Shown one piece after another: positions 25,106-38,969 of a stretch of 64,000 bases of DNA. The translations under genes and the position numbers were made by a program. Within the stretch, counting starts at the first letter, position 1. Every line of letters starts with the position of its first letter. Under the pieces are notes generated by a model that saw nothing but the letters and a program-made list of their open reading frames with translations, was not told the DNA's origin and made no database searches. The stretch lies in contig BDGG01000023.1 of the NCBI GenBank assembly GCA_001949185.1, positions 1-64,000 of the forward strand. The letters run 5' to 3'. The DNA is from Ramazzottius varieornatus (Eukaryota > Animalia > Tardigrada).

Positions 25106-28078
25106 CAAGCGCGACAAGATATCATGGGCCAGTAAAAATTACGGGCCAGGCGGAAAAGACGGCAAATTTGCAATTCGTATGGAAGTCAGAAACAGAAATC
25201 GGACAGATCACGTAACTTATTAAAATCAAACGGTAGAAAATTGTCATGGACAGTGGCCATCAGCTGTTTTACTCCATCCCCTAATTGGAAAGCGAAAACA
25301 GAGAATTGTCATGGTCATGCCATGTAAAACATAGGCCAATGCATGCAGAGAACAGTCTCCTCGATACCGTACATCTCCGAGACACGCGCTTTTAACCAAT
25401 CAAGCCGATCAAGCCATCGTGCTGATCGCGCTGGTGACGTCATTGACACTTGCTCAGCTTGAGCCAGTCAGCCTGGCTAAATATCGAGATTGATTTTGAA
25501 ATTTCAACTTCAACGGCTGAGCTTTTCGTTTGTTCTCGTCCTTTTTTCGTTTCTGCCTCGTCTTCTCGGTTCCCTCGCTTCCATCTAAAGCAGACAACCT
25601 GGGAATGGAGATGAAGGATACGAAGGAGTCAGAAAAGGCACTGGGATGAGCGGAGGGGATTGCCCCAGATGGTGGAGCTTGTAGCGTAAATAACTCTCAC
25701 CACGGCAAAAAGCCTGCAACAAAATTGCTGGCTCAGGCGGTAGGCTAATTCACACTGCACCTCGATTAATAATTCTTATCGTCCGACTAACGAGGAAACT
25801 TAAACGGACGTCAGCTTCAGCTAAACTTCGAGTTGATAGAGAGCCTGATGGTGCCGGCGCTCTGCCTGTTGTTCAATACAAAATCCCACTTCACAAGTCT
25901 TCCAGACAAACCACCACTGATATTTTCCTATCCGTCACACGAGTCACCCTCTCTTTCTTTAGGACCTGCAGGCTACTCGTTCGTCTCAGAGACTAACCTC
26001 GCCAGTGTCCGCCAGTTGATCCCGGTATTCCGAAGGGCCTTAGCCAAGCGTCCTCGACTTTGATCCTGCAGGAACCTCAGGCTTCGCTGACCATCGGCAG
26101 GTTTATCCACCAAGTAAGATTGAAGGACCTCGTGGACCTCTAAGCCAGCCAGTTAGGCTTTACAGAAGACCGGCAAAAGGTGGAGTTCGTACTGCACTTT
26201 ACTGATCGAAATTCAACTGAAGGAAAAAAAAAGTTTCGAACAACTGTCAGCTTTCAGCTTATATACTTCTCGAGATACGCCACCTGCAGGGCTGGCTTAA
26301 TACCTCGAGGAAATCCCCCCTGTCAGTCATACACTCATTGTACTCGTAAACTCGTGGAGACTTTTCAATTTTAAATCTTGTACGAAATTCTCGCTACAAG
26401 CTGCTGTCTGCAAATATCAGGTAAGAATATCGGATGAGATTCAGCTATGACGACCATCCCTTTCTGTTTGCCTTGTCTTGACTGTATTTGTATTTGTTTT
26501 CTTAGCCTACATTCTCGTGACTGGCCAAGCTCCAGGGAGGGGACGATAGCATCCACAAAGATGATCAGGCCAGCCAAAAAAGTCAGCGTTGTCAGAGCAA
26601 AGCGGTGAAAGCTTCCCTTTGCTGGACGAATCTTTCGCGTTATCGAACTTTCTTGATGAAGAAATTTTCTTACTGTTGCAGCTGGAACACTCCAGGACGT
26701 CTGTACTGGGCTTTAGGAAGGTCCCGCAGGGGACGGTAAGCTCCAATGTGCAGCCCCAACGTGGTACCTGATCATGCATGCCTTACTCTCCGTCAATCAA
26801 CAATCAAAGTTTGATTGTTGATTGAGCCTAATGTCTGGAACGACTTTAACATGACTGCTCGGGCCGTGCTGTATTTTATCAAGCCTCCTCTCACCGTTCC
26901 ATACTCTAATCTTGCTCTCCTTTCTACAGGTAGAGAATTGCTGGGCACGCCTGGTAGGCGAGAAGCGAGGCTGACGGGATGTTCTAACCTTGACCAATCC
27001 AACCCGGGACAGTCGGACTGGTCAAGGTTGGAAGATGCCATGGTGTATCATCAAACTTCATGCGACCGGTGAAGATCGGTGTCGTCGGAGCTGTGGGGCT
27101 GTCCTCGGTAAAGTCTTGTGTTCGTCCAATTTTTCAACGTGTTGAAAGACTGAAACCGTTCAACACTCAGACGAGAAATTGTTTGTAGAAGAGAAATCTT
27201 TCTTCCCGTTTTCCTCTGCTAGAGTATTTTTCGATGAACAAGTTCTTCCTACGATATCTTGTATTTTTCTGCGGTTTCTGCTGGATTTTTAGTGAATTCA
27301 GGCCTGTGTCTGTGTCATGTCCATGTCTCGGATGTAAAACGTGAAGCCCTTCGACGTGCTCGACGTGCTCAAAAGGGTACTTTGGAAACAAGAACCATTG
27401 TCACAAAATTGGACTGCCACGATTTATTTGTTAGATGGGTACCGTCAAACAGAATCCATGAATCTCTCAAAAATTCCGAAAATCGGTTTTCTAAGCCCAT
27501 TTTGTAGAGAAAAAGAACTGCATCGAACCTGAAAACGCCGGTCGTCAATGAAAAAAAGATCGATTTGCGGCGGATCTTTCCGAACGACTGTACTAAGAGC
27601 CAATCATGAAATCTGATAAAGGTTGTCGATAAACTATCCTTCGGTCCTAAGCAACTAGACAGGGGTTGATTCAAACAATTCTCGTATGCCAAGTAAAATG
27701 GTCCAGAAAAATTCAGCTGAAAATCACATTGGAAGACAATAAAAACGGCTTTAGCTGCCCGCAAATTGTTTTCCGAAGTTTTGTGCAAAATTTTGGGCAA
27801 TTTGGATCAGTAGTTTTTGCCTGAAAAGATGGACAAAGTACTTAGTCGTAGTTATAAATGAGATTAGAAATTAGGACCGAAGAGCGAAAGCTTGCCACAT
27901 TTATTATTATAATAATATGATAAGCTTTCGCTCTTCGGCCCAGTATCCAGCACGTATGTACAGAAGTCCAGTCTTCGATGTTGGTTTTTACTTGTAGCAA
28001 GTATCAGCTGCCAGTGGCGCCGTAACGAAAGGGCCTGGTCCGTAATTTTTACTGGCCCATAATATCTCGTCGTTCCTA
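25106..28078. mobile_element. ~3-kb element bounded by family C TIRs (possible progenitor or cargo-carrying copy)
   Basis: Left cgacaagatatcatgggccagtaaaaattacgggccaggc matches the reverse complement of right gcctggtccgtaatttttactggcccataatatctcgtcg. TA on both sides. No recognisable intact ORF inside. Confidence 0.7.
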
Positions 28079-28478
28079 TACGTCAGATGGTATCGCTGAA
28101 TGATCTTTTTCAGTGAAATACTGGTGGCGTCGGCTAGTTCGATAAATTCGACCACAAAATGCAAAATGGATTTACTTTCCAGTCCACCGCCTGAGACAAT
28201 TGTATTTTTCTTTCAATATCGACGCATTGTGTGATGCCGCTGCATAATAAACTTTGTGGAAAAAAAGCTCCCTCCATGTACGGCCAATGACGTCACGATC
28301 ACCCGATCCCTGATTTGGTGAATCCAGTTAAATTCGAATTCGTCTATGTAACGGATCCATGAGTATACGGCTAACTTGTCGGCTCGACTCGTGACGTCAG
28401 GGCCATGGTCGCCATTCTCCGACTGTTTTCCACAAATTCTATTGCCGTGCGGCACGGCTGTTAGATATGTTACGGATA

Positions 28479-28735
28479 CAGTCACGCCTGAGAGATTTGA
28501 CAATTGTTCCTTCTGCGACTGAACACTGATTCCCCACGGGACTGCTCGCCAGTATTGCGAAATTACGATCAGCTAATCGACTTTCTGTTAATGTTGAACC
28601 TGATCAAGATATCAAGTGTGCTGCTGATCAGTTGACCGGTCTCAAACAATCAACATGGGGAGCCATTCTGTGAACAATGAACCGCTCAAAACAGGAATCG
28701 GGCGTTTGAACTTTGGAATCTCGCAGGTAAAACTG
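28479..28735. mobile_element. MITE family A copy 2
   Basis: TA|cagtcacgcctgagagatttgacaattgttccttctgcgactg ... atctcgcaggtaaaactg|TA. Colinear with 2246-2500. Confidence 0.8.
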
Positions 28736-30101
28736 TATCAAATCGTACTTCTGCACCTGACAGAATGGTTTACGTAGTTTGGTTAACTGAAGATTCAGTA
28801 CGTGCTAGAGTATCCGGATATAAGTGCAGGGGAGTGGTCGAGACTAGGACTGAGACCCCACATTGCTAGTCCTGTGGCTAAAGCATCACTAAATTAGCGA
28901 TCAACTTCCCCATTGTTTCAATCGCCGAAAGACCTCTATGTGGGGTCCCAATCTCAGTCTTGGCCACTCCACAACTTCGGACCCTGTCCACCCCTGTATA
29001 AGTGTTGAACGTATCGCAGTGTTGAAGAAACTTTCGATCGAGGCGCACAGCTGTATCCCTAACAGCTGCAGCTTACGATGAACGCCGCTTAACACACGAT
29101 GCAGAGTGTCTTTGGCTTTGGTCGGAGCAGCGAAAATCTGCGTGTGCAGTTTTGAACAGTCGCCGGTGAAAGCGCGCCAACCCTTCTAATCTTAGCTTTG
29201 TGCCGCCAGCACATTTAAACATTCTCAGAAGATATCCATAAACGATCTTTTACAGTCACTTTTACCAAAGCGGCGATCTTGCTCGGTCAGTTTTAAGGTT
29301 CCAGTCCACTTTTATCTAGCACCTTCTTTTTGTTGAGGTGCGGACCCAGTTTACGGTACACCACAAACTGGTCACCGTTGACCCGTCGAAAGAGAAAGGA
29401 TGGACGCGCCGGAGGTAGGCGGGGTGATGGGGGACAACAAGAAAGTAATACCGAACATTGGGGAGGAGGACGGCCTTGGTGCGGCCCTCACATCATCGAC
29501 CCGCCGGGCCAGGCAACTGAAGCCTCCGTCCTTACTACAGGTTCGGAGGGCAACCCCAGTATACGAATGGAACCCTTGCGATGGACATCAAGGTGCCAAC
29601 GATACCGGCAAAGGATCCAACCAGAAACACGGACCAGCTCGCGCGTCAAACCGGGAGCAGCGCATGCAGTCGAACACGGACAAGGACGAGTAAAGACCTG
29701 GACGAAAGCGGAAAGAACGCTTCGTCGTTTCCTTGTTTAGTATGTCTAGTTGCTTCCGTTTTGTCTGCGTGTTCTCCTATTGTGGCCTGTCCTCGAAATT
29801 TATCTTCGATTTGCCGATCTCTCGAGGTTGTCCCAGATCAAGTCCCCTTCCCCAAGGCTGTTATTACAGGTGTTTTTGTATTTTCCTGTTGTGGAGGCTG
29901 TTGACTACCCCAAATAAAAACAAAGCTTTGATAGAAATATGCAGGAAATATACAAAAATCAACCAGATTACTGTAAGACACTTGGACAGAACCCTCAGTA
30001 CATTTCCAAAACACTAGAAGTGTGCAGAAAATAGCGGAACAATACAGTCCGGGTATTCTGATCGTACACCCGTTGTGGTTTTCTCAGACAACAACCATTT
30101 A

Positions 30102-30282
30102 CAGTCGTACCTGTGAGATGTGACAGTTCAAACGCCCAAAATCAGTTCCGGACGGTTGATGTGTGCATTGATTTTCTCGCCATGCTGTTCGCATGAGACC
30201 GATCAGGCATGGCCAGCAGCCTCGTGCAGAAACGCTGTTCGGTTGCAGAAGAAGCAATTGTCACATCTCGCAGGTAGTACTA
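30102..30282. mobile_element. MITE family A copy 3 (inverted, internally deleted)
   Basis: TA|cagtcgtacctgtgagatgtgaca ... tgtcacatctcgcaggtagtacta|TA. Confidence 0.8.
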
Positions 30283-32330
30283 TACCGCTCTGGCACTGAA
30301 GACTTCTTACAGGTACTAATAACTGTCTTCAAATACACCTTGCATCTGGAAATTTATTCTTACATACGGCTTATTCCATTCGATTTTTTTGGCTGAAAGA
30401 GAATGAGTGGCACACATTGCTGTTTAATCAATTCTACGAGAAGCAACCGTGGTAAAATCTGCAGGGAAACGATCAGGCAAAGAGGAAACATAGAATCTAC
30501 ATTCGATAACTGCATCCATGACGAAAAACTTTCGATAACCTCGAAAACAACGCAATCTCTTTCGCACCCTCCACCTAAAACAAACCTGGAAAGGGTAGGA
30601 ACACGTACCAGCATTGCGACAAAAGAACTACTTTCCCAGTTACCATTGCTTCTTACCTCCATACGTGGTGTGCGGCACGAGTCATACTGAAAAATACGAA
30701 AGTTGGGAAATTGATAGTTTCTGCTTGCGTGCAAACCGAATACTCAACTTTCGAGATTTCCTAATTAGCACGTTTCACACTGGTTCATACGCGGTATAAG
30801 GTAGATGTGCTTGATGCGATACATGTCATAACTGGCAGGAAACAGAATTGAAGAGTAAACAGTGGCAGCATGTGAATCACGATACTATAGTAATGCTAAG
30901 TAGTAATGCTAATTGCAGATCCGGTCTACAGGAACGCGACTTACCAGAATATCCAACTCTTGGGATGGATCAATCAGAAATCGGTTTCATAATAGACTTA
31001 CCTGTTCATTCCACCTGGAGTTGATCAATATCATAGCAGAACAGATAAGAAAACTGGACACAGAATGACTTGATATAGTATTTTACCATGCTGCAGCACG
31101 GCGGATGAGAATTATACATTTGTTTTACTGTGCCTCGAAAACCCCTTCCAATAGACGTTCAGCGTATGAAACTAACTTTGAAACTAACGGATGCGACATA
31201 CCTCGTTCCGATTCACAAAACCGCGGTAGCTTTCAGTGTTAGATAAGTCAGAAAACCTACCACCACTTGCAAAACTATCAATTATTGTGTCATATTCATT
31301 TTTCCCGGAGCCTGAACGACGTTCAGTGAACGTAAACAAATGGTTCTCGACCAAAAGAGGCGTATTTACCTAATCTGATCGTTTAGTTCAGGCGGTTCAG
31401 CCCCACGGGGAAATACACTGCCAAGGGTGACTACAGTGTTCTTGCCGGAGCTGACCAGTGGCGCCACAAGGCACTGGGGTGGTGAACACCAGCAAAGGAC
31501 CTGTAAGATTGCTTAGACAGTGGCAGAGTACTAAAGACACTAGTAATAAGTTCAGTGTCTTCGGTCTATTTTTTTATATGGGTACATTATCGAAACTTGA
31601 TAGATCTGTCTATCTAAGGGTATGATGACGCACACAGCATGCGCTTACGATGATGTCAGTTGAAAAAGTTCAGGATGCCAGAAACTTGAACTAGCATCAT
31701 CAGGACGAAAACCAGGAAAAACTCCTCAGCCTGTCTTCGTAGCGAAGCTCAAACTTTGTCTTCCGGATCAAACCACTCAGCTGGTACGGTAAGAATATTG
31801 TTGAAAGTTGGAACCACTCCACTCAACGAGTGCGATCTCTGCGCTCCGTTGGAATAGCCTCTGTTACATTACTCGATCACTCCACGGCTGCAGCCTTTGT
31901 GACCAGTAACACTGAAGCGTGCAACGGTGGCCTGTGCATCATCAAAGATTACAGGTACAAACGCAACCACAAATATTGTGTTTGATGTGCTCGTCGTTTG
32001 CGCTTACGCACAACGCACCACTGCCTCTTTATGCGCTTGTAGATTCTACGTTAACAGAAAATAAGCATGTTTGAAATTTGCGGTTAACGGTGGAGCGACT
32101 CCCTCTTCTTCCTCGAGTTTCTTTCTCATATTCCCCTCGTACGCATTCGATGCGAACATAGTAGGAGTTTACCATTCGTGACCATGACCATGATGGCAAA
32201 GTTATCTCTCGATTCATTCTTCATTCTGCGACCTCCTCGCATTTTGTCCGCCCACCTTTTTCTGTTGTCCTCCATCAACTAATAACTTCCGCTGGGAATC
32301 TTGCGATATGCAGGATTCCATATCGTCAGG

Positions 32331-34945
32331 CGTTTTCAGCGTTCGTTTGAAATCATATTGTAGCTTAGAGCGTGAGGAATAGTTAATTGAAATTGAATTC
32401 AATTTGATTTTGGTCAACATGTGCTATCCACTGCTCTTCCCATCACACCACACCATTCTTCCTGCTCGCGTAAGCTCAGGCTGTTTCACATTGTTACGCT
32501 TCATTTGGCTTTCGTTCTCGATATCGGGTTCCTTATCTGTACTTCCTTCTCTCTGTGCAACATAGCCTACATTCTTCTCGATGATGTTCCTTGCCGATGA
32601 GCAAACTTCATTTCATTCGTTTTGCTTCTCGTGTCGCTACACGAGAAAGTTTTTCTTAGGACATAGAAGTGTGCTCAAATCCCCAATTGTCAAGTCCCCA
32701 ATCCCCAATTTACTTATCGTCGCAATCCGATGCGCATCCCGTCGCAGTTCGATGTTCCTATCATCGGATTGTGATTGTTCATTTCCGGTTGGACTAAATT
32801 CTTCCATGTTCTTCTACTGTCGGACGTCTACAGTCCTTATTATCTCTGTCTCTCTGATCTTGATCTTAATTCCATCGCGTCTCCCGCTCAACCACGGCTG
32901 GACGCCAAGGGCCTCGTTATAAGTCAAAGAAGGACAATTCAGCTTCCAAACGTCCGCCGCAACACCAAAGCCGTCGATGACGCTATTTCCGAAACCTCCG
33001 ATCTGACAAAATACGATCTTTACTAAGAGACTGTTCCAGAAGACGAAGTGGACGCCTCCAACCAACAGCTCTCGTCAGTCTCCTCCCACAAACGCAAATG
33101 CTCCTCTTCTCCCGCTAACGATCCCCATCACGTCGAATCACTCATGGCACAGTCCGACGCCATAGCCAAAAAACTCGAACGAGCATTAGCAGCTACTAAT
33201 GCTAACCGGGACCGCATCCAACGCGGTCTCTCCACTGTCTTCCGCCAGCTTTCGCCCTCTGGTCCGCCCATCGTTTACATCTATCAGAGTGGTAACTCCA
33301 GCTTGCCATCGTTATCTGTCGACCTTCCACCTGTTCATCACAGATTACGCGAACTCATGAAAGACCAACGCGAGTACGTCAATCTCACTGATCTACTGCC
33401 CGCCAACCGCGAAGCGGACTTATCTCTCCACAAACACAAGTCGGACCATATACAGCGGGAAGAGATCACTCACTTCCTCGGATGGACTCGCGCGTACTAC
33501 GTCTTTGCAACCTACCGCTCCCATTACTTCCCCAACATGCAACACGCATTACTTGGATTTTATCGCAAAAATGGCGGAGCGCGTTCCGGACAGCCAGTGG
33601 GTTAAGTAAGATATCAAGTTTCGCGCCTATGCCACTTATAATCCCGATACTCCATCCATCTGGGCAAATCGCCACCAGCCTTCCTACGGAGAATCCCAAC
33701 CTAAACTGCCAGTATGGGATCGATTAGACTCCTCCCGCCATTCCACCAGCGGCACGTGTTTCTCCTGTGGTCAAGTCGGACACTACGCCGATTCGCCCAA
33801 GTTCCGTAGTTATTCTATCTCTAAAGCCGGGCAGCCATTTGGGACCGTCTACGCGGCAGATGGAACAGAAGTCTGTCGCAACTTCAACAGTGGACAATGT
33901 CGCGCCTCCGGCAACTGCCGGCGCAAGCACATCTGCTTCGCCTGCCTCACCAACTTTAGCAAAGGGATTCCAGCCACGGACAGTTCAATCACAAGGACCC
34001 AGCAGTCCCTAAGTCAACTTCCGCCAACGCCAATACCGACAACAATAACAACACCGCTTAACGCCGCCGCTTTCTCCCGATATCTCTTCTCCCATCCTGA
34101 CCCTTCATTTTTATATAATTTCATCGATATGATAACCACTGGAGCCAACATCGGATACTGTGGCCCGCATTAACCACGAGCCACACCCAATGCCGCTTCT
34201 GCCCGTTCCTTCTCTTCTGCTCTAGAGAAATCCATCATGGATGAAATAAGACTGCCGCATTCAGTCGGCCCTTTCCCTACTCCTCCCTTCCCCAACATGG
34301 TCATCTCCTCCTGGCCTTGGGTGTCCGACCAAAGAAGAACGGCAAGTTTCGCGTGATCATGGATTTATCCCGTCCTTTCGACTACAGTGTTAACGATTTT
34401 ATTGACCGCGATTGTTATGGCATACATTACTGTCATGTCGTAGATGTTATTAGTCATCTTATTTCTCTTGGTCCTGGTGTTTTAATGGCCAAGTTAGACA
34501 TTAAGCATGGTTTCCGTCTAATCCCAGTCCGTCCAGTTGACTGGCCTCTTCTAGGTTATCAAGTAGATGGCTCATAATTTTTTGACATTGTTCTACCATT
34601 CGGCCTTCGTTCCTCCCTTTCTCATTTTGCTAGTTATCAGAGTCCGTTTTGTGGATCTAACGAAATATCATTGGAATACAAACTGCACTGTGCTACGTGG
34701 ATGATTTCCTCCTCCTCGGCCCATCTCATTCTGACACCTGCCGTATGCTTATCAATAAGCTATCTGATCTTTGCACCGAGCTGGGTGCACCGAAGGCCCT
34801 TCCGCCCAGTTGACATTCCTCGGCGTTCAGCTCGATTCTCTCTCGGACAAACCATCAGTCTCCCTTCTTCCAAATACAACGAGATACGTTTTCAGCGTTC
34901 GTTCCAAATCAGATCGTAGCTTAGAGCGTGAGGAATACTTAATGA
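32331..34945 (+). mobile_element. degenerate tyrosine-recombinase retrotransposon (Ngaro/DIRS group), RNase H and YR regions deleted
   Basis: Gag-like ORF 33048 to about 33960 ending in a CCCH finger (EVCRNFNSGQCRASGNCRRKHICFAC). DIRS-type RT: LGVRPKKNGKFRVIMDLSRP..SVNDFI..MAKLDIKHGFRLIPVRPVDWPLLG..LPFGLRSS..YVDDFLL..LTFLGVQLDS. ~55-bp direct repeat at 32331-32389 and 34887-34945. Confidence 0.88.
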
Positions 34946-35030
34946 TAGAAAGCAAGATTGGTACATCCTGATTGTCGTACCCTTATGAAATGACAAACTT
35001 TTCTGTTGCGTGAAATTTCATAGTCACAGC

Positions 35031-35590
35031 TAGACCTGGCAATGGTGTGGTTTTTACCAAACCACACCGAAAAAAATCACACTGTTTGATTTCGGTGTGC
35101 GCAGAACACCAAATCGAAAAAAACGTGGTGTCCGTTCCACATCGAATTTTTGGTTACACTAAACCGAAAAACTTCTGATGCACCATTTCATAGGAAGGCA
35201 TGCCTTGATCGTGAACTGAAACGGCGCATGGCACGCTTGAATGGCCAAATATAAAGAGAAAACCGACAGGACCGATAGAATTAAGCATGCTAACGTCAGG
35301 TTTAGCTTTGGTGTGTACATTGTTGTCATTCGGGATTTGTTTGGACATCTGTGTTACGCCAAGGTTTGTTCCCTAGCGGTCACCAAGTACAAGTTTTGCT
35401 TTTTCGGTTATTCGGTTCGGTGTGGTGTGGTGTGGTGTGGTGTGGTGTGGTGCACCAAAAGAGTGGTGTCCGATTCAAACCACACCGAGAAAAGTGGTGT
35501 GATTTTCGCACCGAAAAGGTAGTTTCGGTGTAGAAGAACACCAAACCAGAAAACACCACACCACAATTAATCACAGTTTTGCCAGGTCTA
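35031..35590. mobile_element. non-autonomous hAT-like element with dense CACAC/GTGTG subterminal motifs
   Basis: Perfect 12-bp TIR tagacctggcaa / ttgccaggtcta. 8-bp TSD gtcacagc / gtcgcagc. (GTGTG)n tract at about 35419-35452. Confidence 0.88.
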
Positions 35591-36220
35591 GTCGCAGCAC
35601 CCGCATACAACGTAAAATTCGACCTGTACGGTGGGCTCCGGAGGAAACAACAAAGTAAACGCCGGTGCATTAATGTTGACTCTTTGATTCCTCGTCAGTC
35701 GAGGTTAGCCTCCATGGTTTTGCTTTCCACGCAGCAATACTTGGGTATCGGCAGTTTCCATACGAACGATGGCCAGCCGAAAGTTCGGGAAACGAGTTCC
35801 AATTTTAGGCACTCCATGGGTAATCTTCAACAGCTAATGTTGTAATGAACATCGAGGCACGAGATTCTGAAGTTCATTTGGCCGTTTGACCAGTGGTTAG
35901 ATGGCTACGTCGAGACAGTCTGAAAGGGTTTGAATTTTTGATGGAGAATGGTTTTGACGTTACGATGATGTGATGTCAGCATGAAATGCGTAGGTGGTCG
36001 TTTTGGCATTAAGCCCCTTGGCAGAGATATTCCAGTACTTAGCTATCCCTAAAGTTTTCCAAATTGTTCTCCCACAAGCGAACAGTTTTCTAAGACTCAA
36101 GTCCGCGACGAAGCGTGGCGAGACTACCACCTGATGCCCTTGAATACTGTCGACGACTTTATGAAGAAAAAGGTCGTTCGGACTCAAAAAAAGTTCGTAT
36201 GCAAACTGGGCCGCTTATAC

Positions 36221-37120
36221 CAATGTTGTTCCAGACTTTCGATCATTACAATCAAAATCTGGAAATGGCCAGAGACGACCGTTTTGCAATTCCAGTATGG
36301 CAGTTCAAGTCAGGAATCCCGGGCTGGACCATTCCAATACGAACTAAAATTGAATTAGAATTCGGAAAAGTAGAAGATGTTGCAACTGATAACAAAATGC
36401 CAAATTATTGAATTTTAGTCAACAGCGCGGTGAAACGCAGATAGGCGCACTAAGTTTCTGGATTTCTGCGTGTTTGGGCGCTCGATTGGGCGAATATCCC
36501 TGCGCATGCGGGTGTCGCACGAGGGAGCAAGGCACGACACTTACGTATTGCTTCGTGAGCCACGCGCGGTGCATCAGCGTAGGCGCGAAGTTGAATCCCG
36601 GTCCCGTCATACTTTCCTACCAAGCCGCTAAGGGTTTCTTCGCGAATATGATCACGTACACGCAAGGTTTGAGGGGGAAGTACACTACTTGATCAATCAG
36701 CACGTCTGTATTCAATACCTTGAGTATAACTAGACATTTGAAGGGCAATTCGCGAGCATGGAACGAGAGACTTAAGCTGCTTTAACACGCATAGTCATAT
36801 GAATATCCAAATCATAAAACTGAATCACAATTGAAATAATTTCAATCGCTGTCGCGACTTGAATTTCGATTAAGTGTAGATGCTGATTTAGCTGAGCTGC
36901 GTGGCAGATCATTGAAACTGCTGCCGCTAGGGGTGTTCCGATGTAATCGGAAAAATTCATGTACTACGTGAGATTCTACAAACCGAACGGATCAAAGCCG
37001 CATCCATTGATTTGCTTTGATAGGGGAGTCCATTCGGCGATCTTGTCCTACGTGATACTTGAACGATCCCTTAACTGTAATCGCAATTTAAATCCGAAAA
37101 GTCATATTGGAACAAAACTG
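36221..37120. mobile_element. non-autonomous hAT-like element, family B copy 2
   Basis: Termini caatgttgttcca / tggaacaaaactg. Colinear with 3562-4354 apart from an extra segment at about 36945-37070. TSD not convincing. Confidence 0.75.
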
Positions 37121-37774
37121 GCCGGTACCCACTTATTTCATTGATTACCGGTACCCACTTATTCACCCAAAACATACAAGCACTATGCTTGATTATTAGC
37201 CGGGACAATATCATTGGTCACCGACAGAAAGCGGCAGCTGCGAGCTTAACTCACCGATCAATCGAAGCGCCAGCGCTTTCAACCGGTGGCCATTGATTTT
37301 CGCCCCGGCCAACGATCATGCCCCGCGTGTAATCAGCACGTATGCTCTATACGGGGCCTCTTGACGTCGCCGAAAGGATCGTCCTCTTTATTCTATGATC
37401 GAGGTTAAGAGCACTCCAGTAAACTCGTGTCGAAAGGTCATGAGCCAGCCAGTTTACTGGGAATTCCTGTCTTAATTTGCTTTGTGCAATCCGAATCGGA
37501 CTTGTCTAAATCGGGAGTCTGATCATATGGCTACTACCGTATCGAGAAATTAACATCGTCTCACCGGCGTTTTCCCTTCTATCCGGCTTTAGATCGTATG
37601 CGTGGCCATTTTCCGACCTGGTTCTCTGAGCAGGACAAGTTTATGGTTTCCATAAAAACATTGTACATATTGACGTGATACCACTTACAAGTGCGCGCCA
37701 GGAAGGTCTGTCACTTCGAGCATTTTCATGATATCATTTGCTTTTCCCGTCCAAACTTTCCAATTTTCACAAGC

Positions 37775-38969
37775 ATGACGAATATCTCCAGCTTTTTGCT
37801 GCATGGTGTTTCAAACAGCACCACTGCTTTACATTTTCTCCAAAAATACGAGCAAGGTCTGAAAATATGGCTAGCTGTAATGCTAGTCTGTGGACTGACT
37901 GGAGGAGCCATCAACTACTTTCTGGCTGGGACAATTCTGTCCGTCCGTACCTTGCGGTCCGGTTCGGGATACTTGATTGCACATGCGCTGATCGCAGCCG
38001 GAACCATGCTTTTCCTGTCCTACCCTGCTTTCGCCATACAGACATATATGGCTCGGCATGAAGCTCCGACGTTCCGGCTATGTCAAGCATTGGCCTGGCA
38101 ATATTTTGTCGTTATTCAAGCAACTCATTGGTCGGAGACCCTAGTGGCATTCAACCGATTTGTAGCTGTTATCTTACCCCATCACTACAAGGTAAAGCCA
38201 TCAGGTCTCCCTCTTCGGCGGTTGAATTTAGAGATTCAGCAAATTCAGTCGTTCGTTTTTCTCTTTGAAGAAAATAACGACGTCCAGAGTCATTTTGACG
38301 TTCATCGCCTTCTGCTGGGCGCTGGCTCTCCTCGTCCAAAGCATGCCTGTTTTCGGGGTTGGAGGAAGTATAGATTCGAGCAACGCTTGGAAAAGCTGTC
38401 TGGTGAAACCAAGTGAACGGCCCGAAGGCTTCCTGGTGTCCGTTACTTTCGGGGCTATCCTGCCTATCGCGCTAGAAGGTCTGCTTTACGGCTTCATGTT
38501 CTGTATATTTTTCGTGCGACGATTCCTACGAATGGGAGAGATCCAGGCAGCGGGCGTGGATCAAAACTTACAGTCGGTGAGAATGGCCGAAGTCGCGAGA
38601 ATTAACAAGCGATTCAATGTGGCGAAGACGCTTGCGCTGGGGTTCGTCGCGACGTCCAGTTGTTCCCTGTCTACGCCCCTCATTGCGGCTGTTTTCCCGG
38701 GTTACAGTCGGTACCCCTTAGTACTGCTCTTTCTAAGGGTTATCTTGGTGGTTGGATACGCCGTCCATCCAGTGAGGAATTCTGTTAAAATCGGATCGGT
38801 TTCAGCTGCCCAATTTGGAGACGAACGTTTTTCTGACTGCGATCGAGCCTTTTTGGAAGGGCATGATGTTGGAAGTTTGCCGTACCTCGCCGTGGTTCCG
38901 AGTCTTAGAAAAATTGTTCGCCCTTTTGAGAAGATTTTCCCGAAAGCTCTGTGGATGGTTACCAGCTGA
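37775..38969 (+). CDS. rhodopsin-like (class A) orphan GPCR, apparently intact
   Basis: Exon 37775-38191, phase-0 intron 38192-38270, exon from 38271. Seven hydrophobic helices; ETLVAFNRFVAVILPHHYK (NRF in place of DRY); GYAVHP. A probable further intron from 38772 has no stop, and its acceptor is unresolved. Confidence 0.85.

Noticed and set aside
30360-30734. Weak resemblance (RVPTLSRF..FSSW) to an ANF-receptor fragment
   Set aside because: Too short and degenerate to distinguish from chance.
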